The notes: generated by a model not told the origin, from the sequence alone. A stretch of 64,000 bases of DNA from Candidatus Kapaibacterium sp. (GCA_044350705.1 JBILHA010000001.1:244242-308241), one strand, 5' to 3'; positions 1-8,935 are shown, counted from the first letter of the stretch. Made by a program: numbers and translations.

Positions 1-260
1 TTCTTGATCAATCGCAATTTGATCGCTTTAACGAAGGTGAAATTTTGGTGACCGGCATGACGCGACCGGAGTTTGTGCCACTCATGAAAAAAGCTGCAGC
101 GATTGTGACCAATGAAGGGGGAGTTACTTGCCATGCGGCAATTGTCTCCAGAGAACTCGGAAAGCCATGCATTATTGGAACAAAAAATGCAACATCGCTT
201 ATTCCCGATGGCGCAACCATTGAAGTGCGTGCAAATCATGGCACGGTTCGAGTATTGTAA
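1..260 (+). CDS. PEP-utilizing enzyme His-swivel (mobile) domain protein, 5'-truncated by window edge
   Basis: C-terminal ...EILVTGMTRPEF...[27 protein letters not shown] motif; the frame is open upstream of 45 to the window start. Confidence 0.85.
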   Translation, partial: LDQSQFDRFNEGEILVTGMTRPEFVPLMKKAAAIVTNEGGVTCHAAIVSRELGKPCIIGTKNATSLIPDGATIEVRANHGTVRVL

Positions 261-351
261 TCTCCTATAAACGACAGAGACCCCGCATCTTGTCTCGCGC
301 CCCGATTGGGCGCGGAACAAGGCACGGGGCCACGGTCACCAGACAGGGTGA

Positions 352-948
352 CTAGCTGGAGAGACGCATCTCTCTCTCGAGGGTGGCGTTGCCATCCTCG
401 TCGATGGCCAGCGTGACGCCTTCGCCCGGCTTGAGGGCCGGGATGCTGACGCCGGTCAGCATCTTGATCGCCACCTCGGCGCAGGGCGAGTGACTGGCGA
501 CGAGCGCCATCTCGCCCATGGGGAGGTTGTTGATGATCTCCCGGAAGGTGTGAAGGATGCGGTCTCCGACGCTCTCGATGAAGCTCGGGTAAGCGGCCTC
601 GATCCTTTCGAGGGTCGAGCCCTTGTCGCAGTGGGCGATCCACTCCTCCATCGTGGCACCCATGAGATCCACCGTACGGGTGGCCTCGGCGACATTGAGG
701 TGCCCACCGGCGATCAAGGCCGCGATCATCTGGTGCGTCCGCATCAGCGCCGAGGCATAGCACCGGGTGATGGGCTGACCCAGGAGGTACTCGCCGCCGG
801 TGACCCTCGCGATCTCGATGCCCCGCGGAGACAGCATCTCCGGACGGCCGTTCTCCTCGTCCTTGAGGTCGTGCCGGAAGAGGAAGATGCCACGGCGGTT
901 GGGGTTGGTGGCGATGGGATCGTTCGAGTCGTCCTGAGGGATTGACAT
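352..948 (-). CDS. Histidine phosphatase (phosphoglycerate mutase-like) family protein
   Basis: IFLFRH near N-terminus, ASALMRTHQ (S..R..Q) and LVASHS motifs; AAAGGAG Shine-Dalgarno upstream; GC much higher than neighbours. Confidence 0.7.
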   Translation of the reverse strand: MSIPQDDSNDPIATNPNRRGIFLFRHDLKDEENGRPEMLSPRGIEIARVTGGEYLLGQPITRCYASALMRTHQMIAALIAGGHLNVAEATRTVDLMGATMEEWIAHCDKGSTLERIEAAYPSFIESVGDRILHTFREIINNLPMGEMALVASHSPCAEVAIKMLTGVSIPALKPGEGVTLAIDEDGNATLEREMRLSS

Positions 949-1080
949 GGTTGCTCCTTTGAGCGTCTGAGGTACGGGAAGGTTCTTACGAATTATTTAG
1001 TTTTTTGCCGCGTTGGCGCAAACTGATGATTTTTCAGAACGAATAATACAACCATGAACATGCTTCGCGGTCAATGTATT

Positions 1081-1101
1081 TGTTGTAGTTTTGGCACAAC
1101 A
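1081..1101. promoter_or_regulatory. Palindromic operator candidate TGTTGT-N9-ACAACA (copy 1)
   Basis: tgttgt agttttggc acaaca; same motif recurs at 1900-1920. Confidence 0.55.
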
Positions 1102-1102
1102 A

Positions 1103-1897
1103 CTAGCGTTTCGTGGGAGCGTTTACCGGAGGTTCGGAGATAGACCAAATGATGTCAAAGAGGCTGTTGAGGGTTTTGAAAACATCTGCAGATTCAAGGA
1201 CTGCAGCATAGGTATGCGTGGGACGTGCACTGATAAAAGCCACCTTCTCATCGTAGAGATAAATGAGTACGGGAAGATCTCCGGGGATGGGTGCATAGCG
1301 ATAGTCACGGAGAAATTCTTTCCCTATGCCAATAAAAAGTTTTGCGGTTTCATTTTGCGTTTCTTTCCAGGCGAGAGGACGGATGGATTGATGATCGACC
1401 CCGCGTGCGATGCGACGTTCAGCCCAGCTCATCATCCATTCTTCGGTGAAAATACGACGGAAGTCTTGCTGATTGAATCCTCCGATATGGCGATAGAATT
1501 TTTGATGTGATTCAAGGATCTCTTCAAGGATGAGTTTTACTCCTGCGGAATCGGTATAGTAACGAAAGGCTGGCTTTGCGGGAGATGCGGTTGCATAAAG
1601 CGTGAGAAGTGCGGGAATAATCATTTCTGATTCCTGCATTTTTTCTTTGATAATTTCTCCTAAAATACCTGGATTTGCAGGACTGAATATGCGCACGCCG
1701 CTCTCAACATTTACGTGCACTAAGCTCCGTTCTACGAGCTCTTCGAGATGACGATAAATAACTGTGCGATGCAGGCCGGCGCTTTTTGCAATGTCATTTG
1801 CTTTGCTCTTACCTAGCTTGAGACAGGCAAGATAGGTATTTGCTGTGTCGCAATCTAGGCCAAATATTGCGAGAGAATCTGCAAGATCTTTTTTCAT
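1103..1897 (-). CDS. TrmB-family transcriptional regulator
   Basis: N-terminal winged HTH (YLACLKLGKSKANDIAKSAGLHRTVIYRHLEELVERSLV) plus PLD-like effector domain (IYLYDEKVAFIS); start taken at MKKDL. Confidence 0.85.
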   Translation of the reverse strand: MKKDLADSLAIFGLDCDTANTYLACLKLGKSKANDIAKSAGLHRTVIYRHLEELVERSLVHVNVESGVRIFSPANPGILGEIIKEKMQESEMIIPALLTLYATASPAKPAFRYYTDSAGVKLILEEILESHQKFYRHIGGFNQQDFRRIFTEEWMMSWAERRIARGVDHQSIRPLAWKETQNETAKLFIGIGKEFLRDYRYAPIPGDLPVLIYLYDEKVAFISARPTHTYAAVLESADVFKTLNSLFDIIWSISEPPVNAPTKR

Positions 1898-1899
1898 AC

Positions 1900-1920
1900 T
1901 GTTGTGTTTTTGAGACAACA
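1900..1920. promoter_or_regulatory. Palindromic operator candidate TGTTGT-N9-ACAACA (copy 2)
   Basis: tgttgt gtttttgag acaaca, immediately upstream of the TrmB ATG in the divergent promoter region. Confidence 0.55.
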
Positions 1921-1988
1921 AAATCCTTGTTTTTCATTTATTTATGTGCTATTATGGCATTTAGTATCAATAAATGCAACAGATTTTT

Positions 1989-2924
1989 ATGTTTGTACAG
2001 TCGTTTCAGACGTTGTCAAAACATGACACGCGTCTTGCGGGAGGAAAAGGGGCGAGCTTGGGAGAAATGACGCAGGCGGGCATTCCGGTTCCTCCAGGAT
2101 TCGTTGTTCTCCGTACGGCATTCGATCGCTTTCTTGAAGACGCACAGCTGACTTTGGAAATTGAGGCCGTGCTTGATAAGGTGAATTGCGAAGATGTTGC
2201 TTCAGTTAATCGTGCTTCGCGAGTGATTCATGATCTTATTCATGACGTGTGTTTTCCTGAAGATCTCGAAAAAGAAATTTTATCAGCTTTTGATGAGCTT
2301 GGTTCAGAATTTGTGGCGGTACGTTCCTCTGCTACCGCTGAAGATTCTTCTACGGCAAGCTGGGCGGGCGAGTTAGAAAGTTATTTGAATACTACGCGTG
2401 AAGTACTTTTAGAGCATGTAAAGAAGTGTTGGGCCTCGCTGTTTACGCCTCGTGCCATTGTATACCGTAATGAAAAGGGTATGCGGAGTACGCGTGTTTC
2501 GGTTGCGGTCGTTGTACAGAAAATGGTGCAGTCAGAAATTTCTGGAGTGACGTTTACCGTACATCCGGTTACGCGTGATATGAATCAGATGATTTTAGAA
2601 GCATGTTGGGGGCTAGGAGAATATATTGTAGGGGGAGTGGTAACTCCTGATTCGTATATTTTCGATAAAAAAGACGGAACTATTTTGGATATGTATGTAG
2701 CTGATCAAGATCGCATGTTGATTCGGGGCGAAAAAGGAAATGAGGATGTTCCTGTACCGATTGAGAAAGTGAATGCACAAAAGCTTGATAGCAGACAGAT
2801 ACGTGAGTTTGGAGATATCTGTATACGCATTGAAAAGCATTACGGATTTCCTTGTGATATTGAATGGGCGATGGAGGGTGGGGCGTTTTACGTTGTTCAG
2901 AGTCGACCAATTACTACATTGTAA
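1989..2924 (+). CDS. Stand-alone PEP synthase/pyruvate phosphate dikinase N-terminal ATP-grasp domain protein
   Basis: [36 protein letters not shown], ends VQSRPITTL; no His-swivel or TIM-barrel domain follows. Confidence 0.9.
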   Translation: MFVQSFQTLSKHDTRLAGGKGASLGEMTQAGIPVPPGFVVLRTAFDRFLEDAQLTLEIEAVLDKVNCEDVASVNRASRVIHDLIHDVCFPEDLEKEILSAFDELGSEFVAVRSSATAEDSSTASWAGELESYLNTTREVLLEHVKKCWASLFTPRAIVYRNEKGMRSTRVSVAVVVQKMVQSEISGVTFTVHPVTRDMNQMILEACWGLGEYIVGGVVTPDSYIFDKKDGTILDMYVADQDRMLIRGEKGNEDVPVPIEKVNAQKLDSRQIREFGDICIRIEKHYGFPCDIEWAMEGGAFYVVQSRPITTL

Positions 2925-2932
2925 ATTTTTCT

Positions 2933-4006
2933 ATGCAAAAAGAACTTTCACTTATTTTTACTCGTGATTTTTCAATGTTTACTTGTGATTTTTGGCATAT
3001 ACTCATGACGGATGTTATCGCTCAGGCATATGGTGTTTCATTTTCTGGACAAGTTATTGCATTTAACGGTCGCGCTATAGAATGTTATCGACCTAGCGAT
3101 GAAATGCGTAATATAAAAGAACGCATCATTCATTTGCCTGAAAGTCACGATCTTTTTTCTCAGAAAAATCGCATTGCATTTGAATGTGCGGTGCGTGATG
3201 CCCGCGCAATCATTCAGCGCATAAAAGGATCTTCTCGAGAAGAGTATTTCGATCTTGTTTCTGACTTGCTTGATGCCTGGAAGCGCTTCTATCCGCATTA
3301 TATGCTCGCCAATTTTTTACCTGGACCTTGGCGAGAAGAATTTTTATCAATGGGTGATGCATGGAGAGATACTGTGATAAATGAATTCACGTATGATCGT
3401 CATGCATGTGAAGGGGTATTTGAAGCTGCCGATATTGCCATACGTGAAGCGTTGCGTTTGTGCCTTGAGAAGCTATCTGTTTCTGTAAAGTATGCAGAAT
3501 TTCTTTCTTTCAATGAGGCGATGGCTTTGTTACGAGAAGATCGCGTGCCGAATCTCCCTCATTTAGAAGAGCGGATGCGTGGTTATTTTATGATAGGAGA
3601 CGCGGTACATATGGACACCTCTTTTGATGTATTGATTTCGAAGTTTGGTTATTTTTATCGTGCTCCTGAAGTTGAAAAAGGACAGAGGGAGTTTAAGGGA
3701 GCTGTTGCGTTTTCCCATGCACCTGTTCGAGGTAAAGTATTTTGTATTTTTACTTACGATCAAGTAGGTAATTTTCCTGAAGGCGCAATTCTCGTAGCGC
3801 CGATGACCGCTCCTGAATATTTATCTGCAATGAAACGCGCACGTGCGGTCGTGACTGATGAGGGAGGTGTTACATGCCATGCAGCAATTGTGAGTCGAGA
3901 ACTTCAAATACCTTGTGTTATTGGTACCAAAGTAGCGACTCGGATTCTTAAAGAGGGTGATGAGGTAGAGGTAGATGCAGAGCATGGTATCGTGCGCATT
4001 CTTTAA
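2933..4006 (+). CDS. Protein with unknown N-terminal domain and C-terminal PEP-utilizer His-swivel domain
   Basis: [11 protein letters not shown]...[27 protein letters not shown]; start taken at MQKEL, 8 nt after the previous stop. Confidence 0.85.
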   Translation: MQKELSLIFTRDFSMFTCDFWHILMTDVIAQAYGVSFSGQVIAFNGRAIECYRPSDEMRNIKERIIHLPESHDLFSQKNRIAFECAVRDARAIIQRIKGSSREEYFDLVSDLLDAWKRFYPHYMLANFLPGPWREEFLSMGDAWRDTVINEFTYDRHACEGVFEAADIAIREALRLCLEKLSVSVKYAEFLSFNEAMALLREDRVPNLPHLEERMRGYFMIGDAVHMDTSFDVLISKFGYFYRAPEVEKGQREFKGAVAFSHAPVRGKVFCIFTYDQVGNFPEGAILVAPMTAPEYLSAMKRARAVVTDEGGVTCHAAIVSRELQIPCVIGTKVATRILKEGDEVEVDAEHGIVRIL

Positions 4007-4090
4007 GATCCGAAAAAGATATTTCATGTCATGATTGAGGAGTGGCGAGTTTGATTGCTTTTTTCTCCAATATTGGTTATCTTTTTGCGC

Positions 4091-5272
4091 ATGTCTGCAA
4101 AGAAAAAAGTACTCTTAGGTATGAGCGGGGGCGTTGACTCGAGTGTCAGCGCAGTTTTGCTTTTGGAGCAGGGGTACGAGGTTATTGGGGGGTTCATGAA
4201 GAATTGGAGTGGGGGGACGGATGGGATGGATGATGACGGATTAGACGGATCAAAAGACTGCGGATGGAAAAATGAGCGACGTGATGCAATGCGCGTTGCT
4301 GCGCAGTTAGGCATTCCGTTTCATACGTTTGATTTTGAAAAAGAGTATCGAGAGCGAGTGTACGAATACATGATCGCCGAGTATAAGGCGGGGCGAACGC
4401 CGAATCCTGATGTGCTTTGCAATAAGTACATGAAATTTGATTTGTTTTTGAAAGCCGCCGATGAACTTCAGTGTGATTTTGTAGCGACTGGTCATTACGC
4501 ACGAAAAACCGTAGATGAACGAGGGATTGCGCATTTACTCCCAGGGGTAGATACAAATAAAGATCAAAGTTATTTCTTGTGTCAGTTGACACAGTCACAG
4601 ATTGCTCGCGCATTGTTTCCGATTGGACACCTGCAGAAAAGCGAGGTGCGTGACATTGCCCGAAAGCATGATTTGTTTGTTGCAGAGAAGAAGGATAGCC
4701 AAGGTATTTGTTTTGTAGGCGCGGTTGCGATGAAAGATTTTCTTGGTGCGCGTATTGCGGAACATCCAGGAAATATTGTGACTACTGATGGAAAAGTGCT
4801 TGGGCAGCATTGCGGATTTGAGTTTTATACGATCGGGCAGCGAGAGGGGTTGGGTGTGGGAGGGAGAGGGAGTGATCCGGCGAGTAGCCGGACGGGAGGG
4901 AGTAAGGGGAGTAGAGGGAGTACGGAACCGCTTTATGTCGTAGAGCGTCGGCCTGAAACAAATGAAATTGTTGTTGCGGTGGGAGATGATGATCCGGCGC
5001 TGTATAAGTCGGTGCTGCGTGCCGGGAATATTACCGAGACGTACACGGGCGCACTTGCTACTTACGAAGGAAAGAACATTTCTGCGCGTATTCGCTATCG
5101 TCAGCCGCTCGCTGAATGCGGATTTGTGATACTTTCTTCGATGCAGGGAGGAGATGCAAAAGACGCGGTGGTTGAAGTGACCTTTTCCTCGCCTCAGCGA
5201 GCGATAGCGCCTGGACAATTTATTGCGTTTTATTACGGAGAAGAGTTGTTAGGCTCGGGGATTATTTCTTAA
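4091..5272 (+). CDS. mnmA: tRNA-specific 2-thiouridylase MnmA
   Basis: GMSGGVDSSV, TPNPDVLCN, ATGHY, KDQSYFL, KKDSQGICFVG, RIRYRQ, APGQ. Confidence 0.97.
   Translation: MSAKKKVLLGMSGGVDSSVSAVLLLEQGYEVIGGFMKNWSGGTDGMDDDGLDGSKDCGWKNERRDAMRVAAQLGIPFHTFDFEKEYRERVYEYMIAEYKAGRTPNPDVLCNKYMKFDLFLKAADELQCDFVATGHYARKTVDERGIAHLLPGVDTNKDQSYFLCQLTQSQIARALFPIGHLQKSEVRDIARKHDLFVAEKKDSQGICFVGAVAMKDFLGARIAEHPGNIVTTDGKVLGQHCGFEFYTIGQREGLGVGGRGSDPASSRTGGSKGSRGSTEPLYVVERRPETNEIVVAVGDDDPALYKSVLRAGNITETYTGALATYEGKNISARIRYRQPLAECGFVILSSMQGGDAKDAVVEVTFSSPQRAIAPGQFIAFYYGEELLGSGIIS
4868..4921 (+). repeat. In-frame intragenic hairpin repeat (copy 1, in mnmA)
   Basis: 49/54 nt identical to 26595-26648; contains TCCGGC-GAGTA-GCCGGA hairpin and GGGAGT at 9-nt period. 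Confidence 0.85.
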
Positions 5273-5973
5273 AATTGAGTAATCCATGCGGGTGCGTATT
5301 GCACGAGAAATTTTTCCATACGTTTAAACGTTCCCGTTGCAAGAAAGAGTGCAGTGATAATGAGGAGAGTGCCAAACGCTTTTTTGAGGAGCGGATTGTA
5401 TTTTTGAAATATTTCTTTTCCTTTGAGGACTTTTTGGCCGCCATAGGCAATAAGGAGCATGGGCAGACCGGCGCCGATTGCATAAAGCAAGAAAAGTATT
5501 CCTGCAAAGGGTGCGTTTTTTGCGGTTGAAGAGAGGATGATGATGGAACCAAGAACAGGGCCTGCGCAAGGCGCCCATACAAGACCGAGGAGCGCGCCAA
5601 GAAAGAATGCTTCACTTGGCTGATGTAATGCTGCGGCTTGTGGAGTTTTTTGAGAGAGTTTGGCAAAAAGTTGGCTTGTGAGCGCGGAAATTTTTGTTTC
5701 GAGAGGCGGGATGAGTAATATTACACCCATGAATGCAAGGAGCCAGTATGCGATTGTGTGGAGGATTCTTCTGTCAAAGGGAAGAAGGTCGCTGAAGATG
5801 CCGAAGAGCAATCCAAAGAAGGTGAATGCAGTCGCCATGCCAACTACCGCAATGAGGGGGTAGCGTTTGTCTTGTTTGAGTGCAGACCCGAGAATGATGG
5901 GTACAAGGGGAATGATGCAGGGAGAGGTGACGGTAATGATGCCCGCAAAAAATGCGAGGATGAGCATGTTCAT
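5269..5973 (-). CDS. ccdA: Cytochrome c biogenesis CcdA/DsbD-type transmembrane protein
   Basis: AFFAGIITVTSPCIIPLVP and GLVWAPCAGPVLGSI redox Cys motifs, multiple TM segments; the upstream ORF extension overlaps lepA and is rejected. Confidence 0.85.
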   Translation of the reverse strand: MNMLILAFFAGIITVTSPCIIPLVPIILGSALKQDKRYPLIAVVGMATAFTFFGLLFGIFSDLLPFDRRILHTIAYWLLAFMGVILLIPPLETKISALTSQLFAKLSQKTPQAAALHQPSEAFFLGALLGLVWAPCAGPVLGSIIILSSTAKNAPFAGILFLLYAIGAGLPMLLIAYGGQKVLKGKEIFQKYNPLLKKAFGTLLIITALFLATGTFKRMEKFLVQYAPAWITQF

Positions 5974-6048
5974 AGCGGATGGGTTAATTATAAAAGAAGA
6001 AACCCCATCTAGCCATCGATGCTTTTCTTTGTTAGCATAGATGCGATT

Positions 6049-7848
6049 ATGATTCCTCAAGAGCGACTTCGAAACTTCTGCATTATTGCCCATATTGACC
6101 ACGGAAAGAGCACGCTCTCTGACCGGTTGCTTGAAGTTACGAAAACGGTTGAAACGCGGCAAATGAAGGATCAGTTGCTCGATTCCATGGATATCGAGCG
6201 CGAACGTGGGATTACCATTAAGCTCGCTCCTGCGCGCATGAAATGGACGAAGGACGGGCAGGAATACACGCTGAACCTCATTGATACGCCAGGGCATATC
6301 GATTTTAACTACGAAGTTTCCCGTTCTCTTGCGGCTGTAGATGGGGCAGTGCTTTTGGTGGATTCTACGCAGGGTGTCCAGGCACAGACGGTGGCCAACC
6401 TCTATTTGGCCATGGAAGAGAATTTGGAGATTATTCCCGTTCTTAACAAAATCGATCTTCCTGCTGCGGATGTTCCTCGTCGCAAGGCGGAGCTTGTGAA
6501 ATTGCTCGGATGTAGGGAAGAAGATATTCTCGCGGTTTCAGGAAAGACGGGTGAAGGCGTTCCTGCACTTCTTGATGCGGTAATTGCGCGCATCCCTTCA
6601 CCAAAAGGTGAAGCGCAAGATGCTCCGCGCGCGGTTGTTTTTGACTCCGCGTACGATGATTACAAAGGCGTTGTTGCGTATGTGCGCGTGGTTGATGGTG
6701 TTTTCCGTAAGCGAGAGAAGTTGCACATGATGGCAACTGATGCTGATGGAGAAATTTTAGAATTGGGCGCACTCAAGCCGAAGTTTTCCCCGCTGGACTA
6801 CTTAGAAACCGGACAGATCGGCTATATCGTGACGGGACTTAAGGATATTCGTGCATGTCGTGTGGGTGACACGCTCACGATCGGAAATAATATCGTGACG
6901 CCGCTTGAAGGATATCGTGAAGTGCGTCCGATGGTGTTTGCGGGTATTTTTCCGGCATCCGGCGATGAGTATTCTGCGCTTCGGGATGCGATGGATCGTT
7001 TGAAGCTCAATGATGCGGCGCTTGTATATGAGCCTGAGCATTCGCCTGCGCTCGGTTATGGATTCCGTTGTGGATTCCTCGGCATGCTTCACTTGGAAAT
7101 TCTCAAGGAGCGTTTGAATCGCGAGTACAATATTGATCTTGTCGTCACACTTCCTTCGGTTGCGTACCGTGTATTTAAAATGGGAGAAAGCGAGTATCAG
7201 GTTATTAAAGGCGCGCTTGATCTCCCGGATCCTTCGTTTATCGAAAAGATTGAAGAACCTTGGGCGAAAGTCGACATCATTACGCCTGCGGAATACATCG
7301 GAAACGTTATGCAGTTGTGTCAGGAGCGTCGAGGAACGTATCTCACAACCGAGTATCTTTCTGAAGGTCGTGCAATGCTGCACTACGAATTGCCGCTTTC
7401 TGCGATTATCGTTGATTTTAATGATCGTTTGAAGAGTGCGACGGCGGGGTATGCGTCGCTCACGTATGATGTGTTTGAATATCGCGAAGCGGATATTGTG
7501 AAGCTTGAAATTTCCGTTGCCGATTCTCCGGTTGATGCGTTTGCGTCACTTGTCTATCGCGATGAGGGAGAGCGTGTGGGTCGTCGTATTCTTGAGATTC
7601 TTCAAGAAACCATTCCGCGTACGCAGTTCGTTATTAAGTTGCAGGCATCAGTGGGAGGAAAGATTGTGGCTGGTGAACGTATTTCCGCGATGCGTAAAGA
7701 TGTCACTGGCGGACTCTACGGCGGTGACTATACGCGTAAGCTCAAGTTGTTGCAGAAGCAGAAAAAAGGAAAGGCAAAAATGATGGCGATGGGTGTAGGA
7801 AATGTGGAGATTCCTGGTGATGCGTATCTCAAAGTATTGAAACGGTAA
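6049..7848 (+). CDS. lepA: Translation elongation factor 4 (LepA)
   Basis: RNFCIIAHIDHGKSTL, ERERGITIK, LIDTPGH, NKID, GFRCGFLGMLH, C-terminal YGGD..RK.KLL.KQK.GK. Confidence 0.98.
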   Translation: MIPQERLRNFCIIAHIDHGKSTLSDRLLEVTKTVETRQMKDQLLDSMDIERERGITIKLAPARMKWTKDGQEYTLNLIDTPGHIDFNYEVSRSLAAVDGAVLLVDSTQGVQAQTVANLYLAMEENLEIIPVLNKIDLPAADVPRRKAELVKLLGCREEDILAVSGKTGEGVPALLDAVIARIPSPKGEAQDAPRAVVFDSAYDDYKGVVAYVRVVDGVFRKREKLHMMATDADGEILELGALKPKFSPLDYLETGQIGYIVTGLKDIRACRVGDTLTIGNNIVTPLEGYREVRPMVFAGIFPASGDEYSALRDAMDRLKLNDAALVYEPEHSPALGYGFRCGFLGMLHLEILKERLNREYNIDLVVTLPSVAYRVFKMGESEYQVIKGALDLPDPSFIEKIEEPWAKVDIITPAEYIGNVMQLCQERRGTYLTTEYLSEGRAMLHYELPLSAIIVDFNDRLKSATAGYASLTYDVFEYREADIVKLEISVADSPVDAFASLVYRDEGERVGRRILEILQETIPRTQFVIKLQASVGGKIVAGERISAMRKDVTGGLYGGDYTRKLKLLQKQKKGKAKMMAMGVGNVEIPGDAYLKVLKR

Positions 7849-7857
7849 GTTCCTTGT

Positions 7858-8307
7858 TTACTTTTTCTTTTTTGCTGCGATTGTGGCGGGAAGAATAACG
7901 AAAGCGAATCCTGTCATTTCACCCATAACGCTTGTAAAAAATGGGAGAACGAAAGCTGCTCCTATCCAGTTGGCAACATTTGGGGCAAATGCGCTTGCTA
8001 TGACATATGCGGTCATAGCTGCCCCGAGATGCAGCACGAATGCTTTTGTGAGCGCTATTCCTGCAGGCATATAGTATTCATGGATGGGAAGTATGCGTTT
8101 TTCTTTTAAAAAGAGTTTTCCTTGTATGGCAATGGGAACGAGAAGGCTGTACCAAATGGCTATTGCCGTTCCCGTGTCCAGTTCGTTCATGAAGGAGAAA
8201 TTGTCTTCATGCATGCCGGCGAGGATGAGGAAAGAAAAAAGTATGCGGATGCCATGTTCTATTGCATAGAGTGAGAGGCGAGTGAGGTTTTGTACGGTGT
8301 TGGTCAT
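7858..8307 (-). CDS. Hypothetical membrane protein
   Basis: 149-aa ORF with about 4 hydrophobic segments filling the gap; no recognised motif. Confidence 0.6.
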   Translation of the reverse strand: MTNTVQNLTRLSLYAIEHGIRILFSFLILAGMHEDNFSFMNELDTGTAIAIWYSLLVPIAIQGKLFLKEKRILPIHEYYMPAGIALTKAFVLHLGAAMTAYVIASAFAPNVANWIGAAFVLPFFTSVMGEMTGFAFVILPATIAAKKKK

Positions 8308-8312
8308 AGCGA

Positions 8313-8340
8313 AAAACCACCCTCGAAAGAGGGTGGTTTT
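8313..8340. terminator. Intrinsic terminator-like hairpin (bidirectional)
   Basis: aaaaccaccctc gaaa gagggtggtttt. Confidence 0.75.
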
Positions 8341-8342
8341 AA

Positions 8343-8513
8343 TTAGGAATTCTTTTTTAGGGCGACGATCAGGGCTGCGATACCGAGTGGAATAGGAATC
8401 CAGAAGAGATCTGCGAGCTCTGAGAGATGTGAGGATCCGGATCCTACGACGTACATTATTCCCGAGGCCACGAACGCAAGGCCTGCGATAAGCGAGGCGA
8501 TATTTTTATTCAT
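8343..8513 (-). CDS. Small two-TM membrane protein (56 aa)
   Basis: MNKNIASLIAG...HLSELADLFWIPIPLG; TATACT 8 nt upstream of ATG; hairpin right after the stop. Confidence 0.65.
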   Translation of the reverse strand: MNKNIASLIAGLAFVASGIMYVVGSGSSHLSELADLFWIPIPLGIAALIVALKKNS

Positions 8514-8622
8514 ACCGCATAAGTATAGCGTTTTTTTGACCTTTGCACAGTCTTTTATTCGCTGCCCTTTTTCTATCTTCACAAATTTCTTCTTTTTTGG
8601 TATGCTCTTGGCGCTTCATTTT

Positions 8623-8697
8623 GCGCTGGTAGCTCAGTGGTAGAGCAAAGGCCTTTTAAGCCTGTGGTCGTGGGTTCGATCCCCACTCGGCGCACCA
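8623..8697 (+). tRNA. tRNA-Lys (TTT)
   Basis: GCGCTGG/TCGGCGC acceptor stem, AGCTCAGTGGTAGAGC D-arm, anticodon loop CTTTTAA, GGTTCGATCCC T-arm, encoded CCA. Confidence 0.95.
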
Positions 8698-8729
8698 TAA
8701 AAATCTGACAGCATGTCTGTCGGGTTTTT

Positions 8730-8907
8730 ATTTTATCTAAAATAATCGAACCCACGACGGTTCGATGGTCAAGCGAGTGAGTGGAGCTATAAAGCTGAAT
8801 CTATGCGCTTTATAGCTCCCGAACGAGCACCGACTCAATCCGGAGGCGTAGCCGAGATCCCCGCTCGGCGCACCACAAAATCCCGATCGCAGGTCTGTCG
8901 GGTTTTT
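8730..8907 (+). repeat. tRNA-Lys-associated 178-bp unit ending in a duplicated tRNA 3' end and terminator
   Basis: gatccccRctcggcgcacca at 8678 and 8856; gtctgtcgggttttt at 8715 and 8893 (both offsets 178); internal hairpins. Confidence 0.75.
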
Positions 8908-8935
8908 GTTTTTGAAACAGGTATAATCTTGGTAT

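Noticed and set aside
236-945. Overlapping alternative ORFs (236-763 -, 456-707 -, 490-945 +)
   Set aside because: Shadow ORFs caused by high GC; only 352-948 has family motifs and an SD
5974-6297. N-terminal extension of the CcdA ORF
   Set aside because: Largely antisense shadow of lepA; CcdA homology starts at MNMLILAFF (5973)
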